Below are positions 10,010 to 18,941 of a stretch of 64,000 nt of DNA, piece by piece. Source of the DNA: an uncultured Verrucomicrobiae bacterium (lineage in GTDB: Bacteria; Verrucomicrobiota; Verrucomicrobiia; Limisphaerales; Palsa-1400). The notes below the pieces were generated by a model, which ran no database searches, was not told the DNA's origin, and saw nothing but the letters and a program-made list of their open reading frames with translations. Within the stretch, counting starts at the first letter, position 1, and each line of letters opens with the position of its first letter. A program made the translations under genes and the position numbers. The DNA lies in the NCBI GenBank assembly GCA_963702845.1, contig OY969763.1, positions 864,001 to 928,000 on the forward strand, in the 5' to 3' direction.

Positions 10010-11554
10010 ATGGCTAACCACGAACATACTATTAAAGGTGCTACGGTATCATCTCGTGCCACAGCAGCCCGCGGTCGCGATTCCGGTCGGTCACGGTTCG
10101 GTCGCGCGAAGAGCCATTTGACGAAACGCCCCCGCGCGAAACTAATTCAAAGCCCGCCGCATATTAGAACGCGAAAACGTTCTCCCGCAGCAACGCCGGG
10201 CTTAATCTCTTCGCGTCCATCGCGCAAAGATCTCTATGCGGAAGGCAAGCGTTTGCGCGAGAAGTGTCCTCGGGAGTCGCACGCGGTTTGGCGTCCGTCT
10301 CACGGTCGGCCGGATCCTCTTAATTTATTAAAAGAATCGAGCCGTGGACGTATTCAGGAACTGATCCCGCTCCGCTATGGACGGATGCTGCAGTCTCCAT
10401 TCACTTTCTATCGCGGCGCAGCTTTGAATATGGCAGCGGACCTCGCCCATACGCCGGTGAGCGGTCTGCGTGTACAGGTTTGCGGAGATTGCCATTTGCT
10501 CAATTTCGGCTGGTTCGCCACTCCAGAAAGAAGGGAAATCTTCGACATCAACGACCTTGATGAAACGTTGCCGGCACCGTGGGAGTGGGATGTGAAACGC
10601 CTCGCCACCAGTTTCGTGCTCGCGTGTCGCGATAATGGTTTCAGTGATAAAGATGCCCGGGAGACAGCAATGGAGTGCGTGCGTTCGTATCGCCATCACA
10701 TGTTGGAGTTCAGCGAGATGTCGGTCCTCGATGTTTGGTACGCGAGCATCGATGTCCAGGATGTGATTCCAAAGATCGAGGACGCGAAATCACGCAAACG
10801 TTTTCAGAAACGGTTGGCGTCGGCGCGAAATAGTGACGAACATCACTTTCCGGCGATCGAACAGGTCAACGGCGAACCGACAGCGATCAAAGACAATCCG
10901 CCCGTGATTTTTCACTGGCGCAAACAAGGCGACGATAAATTCTTCCAAGAAGCCCAAACGGCTTTGGCTGCGTATCGCGAATCGGTCGAAGATGATCGAC
11001 GGGTGCTTCTGGATCGTTTTGAGCTTCGCGACGTCGCGATCAAAGTTGTTGGGGTGGGAAGTGTTGGGACGTGGTGCGGTGTCGCGCTTCTCCTGGCCTT
11101 GGAAAAAGACTCGCTCTTTCTCCAGATTAAGGAGGCGGGACCCTCGGTGCTTGAGCGTTACGTCGGAAAAAGCGTTTTCTCCCATCACGGGCGGCGGGTG
11201 GTGGAGGGATGCCGCTTGATGCAATCGGCGAGCGATCTCTTTCTCGGCTGGATGGTGGGACCGGCGGGTCGGCACTTTTATGTCCGCCAGCTCCGCGACA
11301 TGAAGCTCAAGATTCTGATCGAAACATTCAAACGCAATACCATGAGGCAGTACGCAAAGTTATGCGGATGGACCTTGGCTCGTGCCCACGCCCGTTCCGG
11401 CGAGCCGGCGAAGATCAGTGGTTATCTCGGCCAAAGTGACAAGTTCGACCAGGCTATCGCGGACTTTTCAATCGCGTATGCTGATCAAAGTGAGCGCGAT
11501 CATAAGTTGCTCCTCAAAGCGGTGCGCGACGGGAAGATTGAAGTTTCAGAATAA
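10010..11554 (+). CDS. DUF2252 family protein (kinase-like fold)
   Basis: RYGRMLQSPFTFYRGAA, CGDCHLLNFG, FDINDLDE, KVVGVGSVG, FLQIKEA, YVRQLRDMK and LARAHARSG. Confidence 0.9.
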   Translation: MANHEHTIKGATVSSRATAARGRDSGRSRFGRAKSHLTKRPRAKLIQSPPHIRTRKRSPAATPGLISSRPSRKDLYAEGKRLREKCPRESHAVWRPSHGRPDPLNLLKESSRGRIQELIPLRYGRMLQSPFTFYRGAALNMAADLAHTPVSGLRVQVCGDCHLLNFGWFATPERREIFDINDLDETLPAPWEWDVKRLATSFVLACRDNGFSDKDARETAMECVRSYRHHMLEFSEMSVLDVWYASIDVQDVIPKIEDAKSRKRFQKRLASARNSDEHHFPAIEQVNGEPTAIKDNPPVIFHWRKQGDDKFFQEAQTALAAYRESVEDDRRVLLDRFELRDVAIKVVGVGSVGTWCGVALLLALEKDSLFLQIKEAGPSVLERYVGKSVFSHHGRRVVEGCRLMQSASDLFLGWMVGPAGRHFYVRQLRDMKLKILIETFKRNTMRQYAKLCGWTLARAHARSGEPAKISGYLGQSDKFDQAIADFSIAYADQSERDHKLLLKAVRDGKIEVSE

Positions 11555-11713
11555 TCAAACCCGGGAAATTAATGGGTTGCTGTGCTGGTCTGCGCCGCTG
11601 GGGCTGCGCTAGTGGCAATATCTCAGTTTGGCGGCAGTTCTGAAATATTGCGCATCTCCTGCTTCTTAAACCGATGTTTACAAGGGCGCGGAGGGCGCAT
11701 TAGATTCGCTGCC

Positions 11714-12583
11714 ATGAATTCTGTGGGTATCACCGGAATTTCCGGATTTCTCGGAAGCCATCTCAAGCCCGCTCTCCAGGAAAGCGGTTACGATGCCTTT
11801 GCGATTTCGCGCCCGTTTCGCCGATCTGTCGCACAGATGCAGGCCTTGCTGGAAGAGCGTAAACCGGACGCCATTATCCATCTATCCGGCATTGTGGATG
11901 TTCGTTATTGTAGCGAACACCCGGTCGAAGCGTTTGATTCTCATGTCACGGAGACGGCAAATATTCTTGAGGCGGTCCGGCTGGTGGCTCCTCAGATGCC
12001 GGTGATTTACGTGGCTTCGGATAAGAGTTTCGGAGAACAGGAGCATTGCGGTCTGCAGACGCCGTATCGACCGAGCTTTCCGTATGAGACGTCCAAATCT
12101 TGCGAAGATATGCTGGTGGAAACGTACGCAAAAAGTTATTCCATGCCGGCTTATCTGCTTCGGTTCCCGAATTTTTTTGGCGAAGCGGATCAGCACGTGG
12201 AACGATTAATTCCGGGTATCTGCATTTCTGCCGCTCGTGGCAAGGAATTGGTCATCCGCACTCGTTTGGATGGGACCGTGCGGCAATATATTTATGTGCG
12301 GGACGCAGTGGATGTCATTGTCCGCGCGGTAGGCCGGGCCCTAAAGCGGGAAGGGGGCTGGCCCAAGAATCATTTCGGTCCGCCACACCTCAAAACCGTC
12401 GGCGAGGTGATTCGTGATGTGGAGGCAGTGAGCGGGCGAAAGATCAACGTTAAGGTGCTTAATCTGCCGGGGGAAGTGTCGCGGTTGAGTCTCAAGGACG
12501 AGAACGACTTCGGCTTCAAGTATGCGGACTGGCTGCCTGCCTTGGAACGAACGGCGCGCTGGTACCAAGACAACTATAAATAG
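11714..12583 (+). CDS. NAD-dependent epimerase/dehydratase (SDR; CDP-glucose 4,6-dehydratase-like features)
   Basis: ATG 11714; GITGISGFLGSHL Rossmann motif, ASDK, YETSK (YxxxK) and RQYIYVRD. Confidence 0.85.
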   Translation: MNSVGITGISGFLGSHLKPALQESGYDAFAISRPFRRSVAQMQALLEERKPDAIIHLSGIVDVRYCSEHPVEAFDSHVTETANILEAVRLVAPQMPVIYVASDKSFGEQEHCGLQTPYRPSFPYETSKSCEDMLVETYAKSYSMPAYLLRFPNFFGEADQHVERLIPGICISAARGKELVIRTRLDGTVRQYIYVRDAVDVIVRAVGRALKREGGWPKNHFGPPHLKTVGEVIRDVEAVSGRKINVKVLNLPGEVSRLSLKDENDFGFKYADWLPALERTARWYQDNYK

Positions 12584-12808
12584 CGAGATTCGAACGCGCC
12601 TGCCGGGCGCACACACCCTGCCGCTGAAGAGACACCTCTTGCTATCGCGATGCGATACCAACCCGCGGATTCACGGCGGCTGTTTCGGTGTTTAGAGGCA
12701 CACCTCCTGGGAAGCCCTTTCAATTCAGTGATAAGTGATGAGTAATCGATGGCGGCAGATTACTTCTGATTACCTTTTTAGATTTTTTCTCGTCAATGGC
12801 CGCAAAAC

Positions 12809-13012
12809 TTTACCGTTTGTTTACCATTCCTTTACCGAATTTGACCGGTAAGGGATTTCGTGCGACGGACGCGACAAGTAGGAGGCGAAGAACGCGAGCC
12901 AATAGGCGCACGTGACCAAAGATGACTGAACATGACCAAACGTGACCGCCGCTGGATTTTGTAACGGCCTCGATTCGGGAGATGATGCAGAAATGATGCA
13001 GAAACGATGCAA
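12809..13012. repeat. Three short arrays of helically phased 10-11 bp repeats
   Basis: TTTACC at 12809/12820/12831 plus TTGACC at 12841; TGAC cores at 12913/12923/12933/12943; GATGCA at 12984/12995/13006. Confidence 0.75.
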
Positions 13013-13014
13013 TT

Positions 13015-13386
13015 TTAGTTTTGTGCATGCGATTTATCATCCGGCTCCGTGGGTATGATGACTTTGCGGATTTCGGCGCGGGTCACGGCAGCCAGTCGGA
13101 ATAAGTCTTTGGTTTCGACGAATTGGAGTTTGCTGTCGCCGATCGCTTGCTCGATGCGCTGGAGTTGTGCGGTGAGAGAACTGAGTTCCTGCTCGTGGGT
13201 GGCGAGAAACTTTTCCTGAAGCGCTTCGATCTCGATGGCGCGGAGCGTGCGTATTTCCTGGCGGTGTTGCTGGTTCCAGTCGGCCAAGGTGCGGACGCTG
13301 ACATCGATTTGTTTTGCGATGCGGGCAAGGCTCCAGCCTTTGCCGCGGAACTCGAGGAACTTGGATTTAGTGTCTGTAGAATGCAT
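13015..13386 (-). CDS. Small helix-turn-helix protein with coiled-coil tail, function unknown
   Basis: KFLEFRGKGWSLARIAKQIDVSVRTLADW is an HTH pattern, followed by a heptad-like helical region. Confidence 0.75.
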   Translation of the reverse strand: MHSTDTKSKFLEFRGKGWSLARIAKQIDVSVRTLADWNQQHRQEIRTLRAIEIEALQEKFLATHEQELSSLTAQLQRIEQAIGDSKLQFVETKDLFRLAAVTRAEIRKVIIPTEPDDKSHAQN

Positions 13387-13397
13387 TCGTTAAAACA

Positions 13398-13428
13398 GGT
13401 TGATGGTTGAGGGTGGAGAGTTGAGGGT
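13398..13428. repeat. Imperfect heptamer tandem repeat (GGTTGAG-like)
   Basis: ggttgat-ggttgag-ggtggag-agttgag directly upstream of the HTH gene. A second heptamer run (agtgata-agtgatg-agtaatc) lies at 12727-12747. Confidence 0.6.
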
Positions 13429-13560
13429 CCGAAATAGGCGGTGGCGAGAACGCAGGGTGACCACCGACGGAAAGTGGTTGGGCGTTGCGCCGCTCGAGGT
13501 TGATTGTTCGGACTGCGAAATGGAGGTTTTATCTGTCATATGGGAAAAAGGCTAACAAAG

Positions 13561-13587
13561 TCACTTGGACAAAGACGGTCCAAGTGA
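13561..13587. promoter_or_regulatory. Perfect 10-bp inverted repeat (operator or + strand terminator)
   Basis: TCACTTGGAC-N7-GTCCAAGTGA followed by a T-rich tract. Confidence 0.5.
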
Positions 13588-13670
13588 ATTTTTTTGTTTT
13601 TGATGCGCTGCTCATTATTGTTGCTCCAAATTGGAGGCACTCAGCTTCCAGGGTTTTGAGTTCTTGCGTC

Positions 13671-13710
13671 TAGCGAAGCCACGCGAAACAAAGCGAAACT
13701 ACGCGACATT
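13671..13710. repeat. Four phased 10-bp repeats with a GCGA core
   Basis: tagcgaagcc-acgcgaaaca-aagcgaaact-acgcgacatt. Confidence 0.65.
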
Positions 13711-13914
13711 CGCACCGCGTTTTTGAAGTTTGTTTACGTTGACTGATAGAAATCGCTTTCACGTGAGCAGTTGTAGCACGGGTTTTTTGGAGAATTTGTC
13801 GCGAGGACAGGACGACGTGCACTGACGCGCATCTAGTAACCGTTTTCATGCATCTACGCGCAGAATTTTGGTAAGATTGTTGTTGACGAGGTTCGGACTG
13901 TGACGAAGCTGGAC

Positions 13915-13940
13915 GGCGCTCGCGGAGCGATCGCCCTACC
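13915..13940 (-). repeat. GTAG-type REP-like palindrome
   Basis: GGCGcTCGC-gga-GCGAtCGCC followed by CTACC, which places GTAG 5' of the hairpin on the minus strand. Confidence 0.55.
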
Positions 13941-13985
13941 TGCTTGCGCCTGAGGAGAGTAAATGTATTCTGTGACGGATTTTCA

Positions 13986-15059
13986 ATGTCGTCGGCAACC
14001 AACAAGTTAGCAGCGGATCTGGACCATATTCTCGCGCAGACGCGGGAGTTGTGGGCTGAGGTCCGTGGGCAACGGATTTTTGTGACGGGTGCGACAGGGT
14101 TTTTCGGAACGTGGCTGTTGGAGAGTTTTGCCTGGGCGAACGACCGACTTGCGTTGGATGCGCATCTCGTGGCACTTACGCGAAATGCTGATGCGTTTCG
14201 TTCGAAAGCACCGCACCTTTGTTTCCGCAGCGATATCCAACTGCACGTCGGCGACGTGCGCGACTTCAAATTTCCAGCCGGCTCATTTTCGCACGTCATC
14301 CATGCGGCGACGGAGGCGAGCGCGAAGCTAAACTCCGAGAATCCATTTTTGATGTTCGACACTTGCGTGACCGGCACCAGGCGAGCGTTGGAGTTTGCGG
14401 AGGCGTGCGGGGCGAAGAAGTTTTTGCTGACCAGCTCAGGGGCGGTTTACGGTGCGCAACTGATGGAGCGAGCGCCCGAGGATTTTATGGGTGGCCCGGA
14501 TATTTTGAACGCGGCTGCGGCATATGCGGAAGGGAAGAGGGCGGCGGAGCAGCTATGCGCGATCCAGGCACAGAGCGGCCCGCGCGGAGCGGCGGGCCCT
14601 ACCGAGATCAAGATTGCACGATGCTTTGCGTTTGTGGGACCGCATTTACCGTTGGACGCGCATTTTGCGATTGGGAATTTTATTCGCGATGGGCTACGCG
14701 GCGGGCCGATTAAGATTGGCGGCGATGGCACGCCTCATCGTTCTTATTTATATGCGGCGGATTTAGCTATCTGGCTGTGGACGATTTTATTTCGCGGCGC
14801 GGCTCTTCGTGCATACAATGTCGGTTCGTCTAAATCCGTAACGATCGCCGAAACGGCGCAGGCGGTCGCGGATGTGTTCGGCGGGAAACCATCGATTGAA
14901 ATCGCGCAAAAGCCGGTGCCCGGCAAAGCGGCGCAACGATATGTGCCGGATGTGAGCCGTGCGGAAAAGGAACTTGGGTTGCGTGAGTGGATCGATTTGA
15001 AGGAATCGATTCGACGGACTGCGGAGTGGAATGACTCGATGACAGCGGTTGGTCAATGA
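13986..15059 (+). CDS. NAD-dependent epimerase/dehydratase (nucleotide-sugar SDR)
   Basis: ATG 13986; FVTGATGFFGTWL, TSSGAVYG, YAEGK (YxxxK), ARCFAFVGP and GDGTPHRSYLY. Confidence 0.9.
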   Translation: MSSATNKLAADLDHILAQTRELWAEVRGQRIFVTGATGFFGTWLLESFAWANDRLALDAHLVALTRNADAFRSKAPHLCFRSDIQLHVGDVRDFKFPAGSFSHVIHAATEASAKLNSENPFLMFDTCVTGTRRALEFAEACGAKKFLLTSSGAVYGAQLMERAPEDFMGGPDILNAAAAYAEGKRAAEQLCAIQAQSGPRGAAGPTEIKIARCFAFVGPHLPLDAHFAIGNFIRDGLRGGPIKIGGDGTPHRSYLYAADLAIWLWTILFRGAALRAYNVGSSKSVTIAETAQAVADVFGGKPSIEIAQKPVPGKAAQRYVPDVSRAEKELGLREWIDLKESIRRTAEWNDSMTAVGQ

Positions 15060-15062
15060 CCT

Positions 15063-15109
15063 GCCGATTTGGAAATCGGCGATACGGCAGGTTTGGAAAC
15101 CTGCGATAC
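15063..15109 (-). repeat. Tandem pair of REP-like hairpins (24-nt period)
   Basis: GCCGATTT-GG-AAATCGGC-GATAC followed by GCAGGTTT-GG-AAACCTGC-GATAC. Both have perfect 8-bp stems. Confidence 0.75.
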
Positions 15110-15116
15110 GAAAAAA

Positions 15117-16940
15117 ATGAAAAGAGTATCAGATTATATTTTTGATCATTTGGCTGAGATTGGAACGAAGCATGTGTTCGTGATCACCGGCGGCGGCGCG
15201 ATGTTTTTGAATGACGCGCTCGCCAAGTGCAAGCCGCTTCAATACATCTGCTGCCACCACGAGCAAACCTGTGCGATGGCGGGCGAGGCCTATGCACGTG
15301 TGACGGGCAAGCTTGGTGTCGTCAGCGTTACCACCGGACCTGGTGGAATCAATGCCATCAATGGTGTGTTTGGCGCGTGGACAGATTCGCTTCCGATGTT
15401 GGTGATTTCGGGGCAGGTGAAGCGTGAGACGTGCATGGCTTCTTACGATTTGCCGAAGTTGCGCCAACTCGGTGATCAGGAAGTCGACATCGTCCGCATG
15501 GTGAAGGGCGTCGCCAAATACGCGGTGTTTGTGACGGACCCGAACTCGATTCGTTATCATCTGGAACGGGCGATTTACCTGGCAACTCACGGCCGCCCAG
15601 GGCCGGTTTGGCTTGATATCCCTGTTGATGTGCAGTCGGCGATGATCGAACCGGAACAGTTGAAGGCTTATGATCCGAAAGAAGATGAGATCAACGTCGA
15701 TCGCGCGGCTCTGACGAAAACTTGTGCTGATATTTTGCAGCGGATTAAAAATGCAAAGCATCCGGCCTTGATGCCTGGAACCGGTGTTCGTCTTGCCGGT
15801 GCTGAGGAGATTTTTCATACCGTCGCAAAAAAATTGGGTATCCCGGTTTTGACGGCGTGGACGGCGCCGGACCTGATTGCGACTGATGACCCATTGTTTT
15901 GTGGTCGCCCGAGCACGATTGGTGATCGAGCCGGAAACTTTGCTCTGCAGAACGCGGACCTGCTGTTGGTGATTGGTTCTCGATTGAATATCCGGCAGAT
16001 CAGTTACAACTGGAAAGAGTTTGCGCGGAATGCGTTCATTGTTCAGGTGGACGTGGATCCGGCCGAGTTGGACAAGCCGACGCTCAAGCCTCATTTGGGA
16101 ATTGCGGCTGATGCCAAGGATTTTTTCGAGGAGTTAAATCGGCAAATCGATGCCGCCAAGACCGACGCGAATGCGCACTCGGAATGGCTGGCGTGGTGCC
16201 GCAAGCGCGTGGCGCAATATCCAGTGGTGACGGAGAAACAACGGGCCGTGGCAAAACCAATCAACCCATATCGTTTTGTCGATCATCTGATCCGACAATT
16301 GAATGGCAGCGATATTATCGCCCTCGGTGACGGCACGTGTTCAGTTGTTACCTACCAGGTGGCGCACGTTAAGAAAGGAATGCGGTTGCTGAGCAATTCC
16401 GGCGATGCGTCGATGGGGTATGACATTCCTGCGTCAATTGGTGCTGCGGTGGCTGGTGAAGGGCGGCGGGTCGTTTGCCTTGCTGGCGACGGCAGCGGGC
16501 ACTTCAATATTCAGGAGTTGCAGACGATCAAACACCACAACTTCCCCATCAAAATTTTCATATTGAACAACGGTGGTTATCTGTCGATGCGTCTAACCCA
16601 AGGTGGCTTTTTCAAAGGTAACTATATCGGTGAGAGTCCGCGCAGTGGTGTGTCCTTCCCGGATTATGTGAAAGTTGCGCAGGCCTATGGGCTGCCAGCG
16701 ATGCGGATCGAGGAGGCGGATTTTGCGGCTGACCTGGAGAAGTTTTTGGCGATTGAAGGTCCGGCGTTGTGCGAGGTGATGCTGGATCCGTCCCAAGGAT
16801 TTGAGCCACGATTGACTTCACGCCAACTGCCGGATGGGAAAATCGTGACGGCATCGTTTGAAGATATGGCTCCGTTCCTCAGTCGTGAAGAACTGGCGCA
16901 GAATATGTTGGTGCCGCTGCCCGACGAGGCGAAGCAGTGA
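15117..16940 (+). CDS. Thiamine-diphosphate-binding protein (acetolactate synthase-like; YerE-like by context)
   Basis: ATG 15117; HHEQTCAMAGEAYAR, VTTGPGGIN, GRPGPVWLDIPVD and the ThDP motif GDGSGHFNIQEL...LNNGGY. Confidence 0.9.
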   Translation: MKRVSDYIFDHLAEIGTKHVFVITGGGAMFLNDALAKCKPLQYICCHHEQTCAMAGEAYARVTGKLGVVSVTTGPGGINAINGVFGAWTDSLPMLVISGQVKRETCMASYDLPKLRQLGDQEVDIVRMVKGVAKYAVFVTDPNSIRYHLERAIYLATHGRPGPVWLDIPVDVQSAMIEPEQLKAYDPKEDEINVDRAALTKTCADILQRIKNAKHPALMPGTGVRLAGAEEIFHTVAKKLGIPVLTAWTAPDLIATDDPLFCGRPSTIGDRAGNFALQNADLLLVIGSRLNIRQISYNWKEFARNAFIVQVDVDPAELDKPTLKPHLGIAADAKDFFEELNRQIDAAKTDANAHSEWLAWCRKRVAQYPVVTEKQRAVAKPINPYRFVDHLIRQLNGSDIIALGDGTCSVVTYQVAHVKKGMRLLSNSGDASMGYDIPASIGAAVAGEGRRVVCLAGDGSGHFNIQELQTIKHHNFPIKIFILNNGGYLSMRLTQGGFFKGNYIGESPRSGVSFPDYVKVAQAYGLPAMRIEEADFAADLEKFLAIEGPALCEVMLDPSQGFEPRLTSRQLPDGKIVTASFEDMAPFLSREELAQNMLVPLPDEAKQ

Positions 16941-18073
16941 ACGCGGTTGCGGATATGCGCGGGCGTTTCGAACGCGTGCTCGAGCGGGCGCGGCGTCCTC
17001 AAGCGCCAGATTGGAAGGGCAGAAAGTTCGTTGTCTATGGCGCGGGGAATTTCGGGAAAGCTTTAGCAGGTGCGCTTCGTGAAAAAGGCGCGACAGTGCT
17101 TGGTTTTTTAGACCGAACGGGCAAAGGCCAAAGTGTCCTTCCGGGGCTTGTTTCTTGGGCATTGGATTCGCAGGAAGCAGCAAAGTGGCGCGGCGAAAAT
17201 CCAGTGGTGATTCTCGGGTTGCTGAACGGATTTGTTAGTATGGGCGAGGTGGCGCAGGAATTAAAAAGCTTTGGTTTTACAACGGTTTCCTCTCCGAACG
17301 ATTATTACGGGTCTTTAAAGGAAAGTTTGGGATGGCGGTTTTGGTTATCAGACTGGGATGTATACGCGGGTTCCTCCGCCGTCATCGAAAAGGTCGCAAG
17401 TATTTGGACGGACGAGCAGAGTCGCTGCTTATTCTTCGAAACCGTGTTATTCCGCTTGGGTTCGGAATTCAATCTCCTGCAGCCGACATCTGATGTCTCG
17501 AAACAATACGGCGATCCGAGCGTGCCACGATGGCCGCAACGACTGAATTTAGTGGATGGCGGCGCGTATGACGGAGATTCGCTCATATCATTGATTCGTA
17601 ACGGTTATGAGTTGGATGCGGTGCATGCGTTCGAGCCGGATTTAGGCAATTTTTCGAAGCTTGGCGAAACGGTGCGACGCGTCAACATTGGTAATGGGAC
17701 TTTGTGGCCGTGCGGCCTTTCCTCAAGTACAACACGACTAAGCTTCTGTGAGGGTGATGGCACGGGTAGCAAATTGGCGTCCGGATCGAACACCGTTGTT
17801 ATACCCGTCGTAGCGTTGGATCATGTCCTGTATAACCAAAAGATAAACTTAATTAAGTTGGACATCGAAGGTGCAGAATTTGATGCTTTGCGAGGAGCCA
17901 GTGACATCATTCGGAAACAACGTCCGTGTTTGGCCGTTTGTTTGTACCATCAAGCCGATCACCTATGGTCGATCCCCAATTGGCTTTTTGAGCAGGATCT
18001 TGGTTACGAATTCTATCTGCGGATTTATCAGTGGAATGGATTCGAAACCGTGATGTATGCGCTGCCAAAATGA
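16937..18073 (+). CDS. FkbM family methyltransferase with N-terminal Rossmann-like domain
   Basis: VYGAGNFG, VDGGAYDGDS, AFEPD, IKLDIEGAE and LAVCLYH. GTGA overlap with the previous stop. Confidence 0.88.
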   Translation: MNAVADMRGRFERVLERARRPQAPDWKGRKFVVYGAGNFGKALAGALREKGATVLGFLDRTGKGQSVLPGLVSWALDSQEAAKWRGENPVVILGLLNGFVSMGEVAQELKSFGFTTVSSPNDYYGSLKESLGWRFWLSDWDVYAGSSAVIEKVASIWTDEQSRCLFFETVLFRLGSEFNLLQPTSDVSKQYGDPSVPRWPQRLNLVDGGAYDGDSLISLIRNGYELDAVHAFEPDLGNFSKLGETVRRVNIGNGTLWPCGLSSSTTRLSFCEGDGTGSKLASGSNTVVIPVVALDHVLYNQKINLIKLDIEGAEFDALRGASDIIRKQRPCLAVCLYHQADHLWSIPNWLFEQDLGYEFYLRIYQWNGFETVMYALPK

Positions 18074-18717
18074 GCCGATACGCCACTGTCATTTTTGATC
18101 TGGATGGGACGCTGATTGATTCGGCACCCGGGGTCAAAGAGAGTTTTCGTAACGCAGTTAAGGCTGTATTACCCGACGTGGAGTTTGACCTTGGCTCTGT
18201 TGTGATTGGCCCGCCGCTGCCAAAAATGTTCGAGGTGGCGTATCCAACTGCCACAACTGAACAGGTCAAGGCGCTGGTTGCTGCCTTTCGAGCTGACTAC
18301 AACGAGAGCGGGTGGAAAAAAACGCGTTTGTTCGTGGGGGTTAAGGACGCTTTGTCAGAGCTGCAGTCGCATGGGGCTGAAATGTTCGTGGTTACGAACA
18401 AGCCGTTGGATATTTCGCAAAAAATACTTCAGTTCTTTGAACTGACGGCTTTCTTTACCGATGTTCGTTCATTGGATTCCGTGGTGCCGTCGTATGCAAA
18501 TAAGGCGGAGATGGTGCGAGCGTTACTGCGGGAGCGGAATCTCAAACCGGAACAGTGCGTTTTGATTGGAGACACAAAAGGCGATGCCGACGCTGCCAGA
18601 ACTGTCGAAATGTCCTTCATCTGGGTATCTTTTGGATACGGAAAGCGAGATGACATCCTCGATGTGGTAAAATCGGTGGATTCTTTTCGAGAACTTACGG
18701 AGTTGTGCCTGCGTTAA
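18070..18717 (+). CDS. HAD family hydrolase (phosphoglycolate phosphatase-like)
   Basis: ATG 18070 (ATGA overlap); IFDLDGTLIDS, VVTNK and IGDTKGD. Confidence 0.9.
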   Translation: MSRYATVIFDLDGTLIDSAPGVKESFRNAVKAVLPDVEFDLGSVVIGPPLPKMFEVAYPTATTEQVKALVAAFRADYNESGWKKTRLFVGVKDALSELQSHGAEMFVVTNKPLDISQKILQFFELTAFFTDVRSLDSVVPSYANKAEMVRALLRERNLKPEQCVLIGDTKGDADAARTVEMSFIWVSFGYGKRDDILDVVKSVDSFRELTELCLR

Positions 18718-18769
18718 ATCGTAGGTGCCTATCGTTTATCGGCTTACCTTCCAGGTTTTCGGGTTCAAT

Positions 18770-18854
18770 CGTCGCTACGCGACGAGTCGGCGCAAGGTGC
18801 GCGAGTCCCGTGGGATGAATCCCACGGCTACCTTCGGAAAACCGCTACGCGGTT
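18770..18854 (-). repeat. Composite GTAG-type REP-like element
   Basis: CGTCGC-tac-GCGACG (18770-18784), CCGTGGGAT-ga-ATCCCACGG-CTACC (18808-18832) and AACCGC-tac-GCGGTT (18840-18854). Confidence 0.7.
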
Positions 18855-18941
18855 AAGGAGGAACGACCGCCCCAGTAGGCATAGGAGTTGCTTTACTTTT
18901 TGCAGGAGTTTCGTACCCTTTTTTGCTTAGGCTGAATCACT

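Noticed and set aside
11630..11642. GGCGGCAGTTCTG resembling an ops/JUMPstart element before the sugar genes
   Set aside because: It mismatches the GGCGGTAG core and has no supporting context.
12597..12690. Small GC hairpins downstream of the first SDR gene
   Set aside because: Stems are short, lack a U tract and are too degenerate to call as a terminator or REP.
12809..13012. Short repeat arrays considered as a CRISPR array
   Set aside because: Units are 10-11 bp with no unique spacers, and there are no cas genes.
12810..13040. 76-aa minus-strand ORF across the phased repeats
   Set aside because: Its sequence is just the translation of the repeats with no coding signal, although a frameshifted tail of the HTH gene cannot be fully excluded.
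13670..14377. 235-aa minus-strand ORF
   Set aside because: Largely antisense to the SDR gene, with no motifs.
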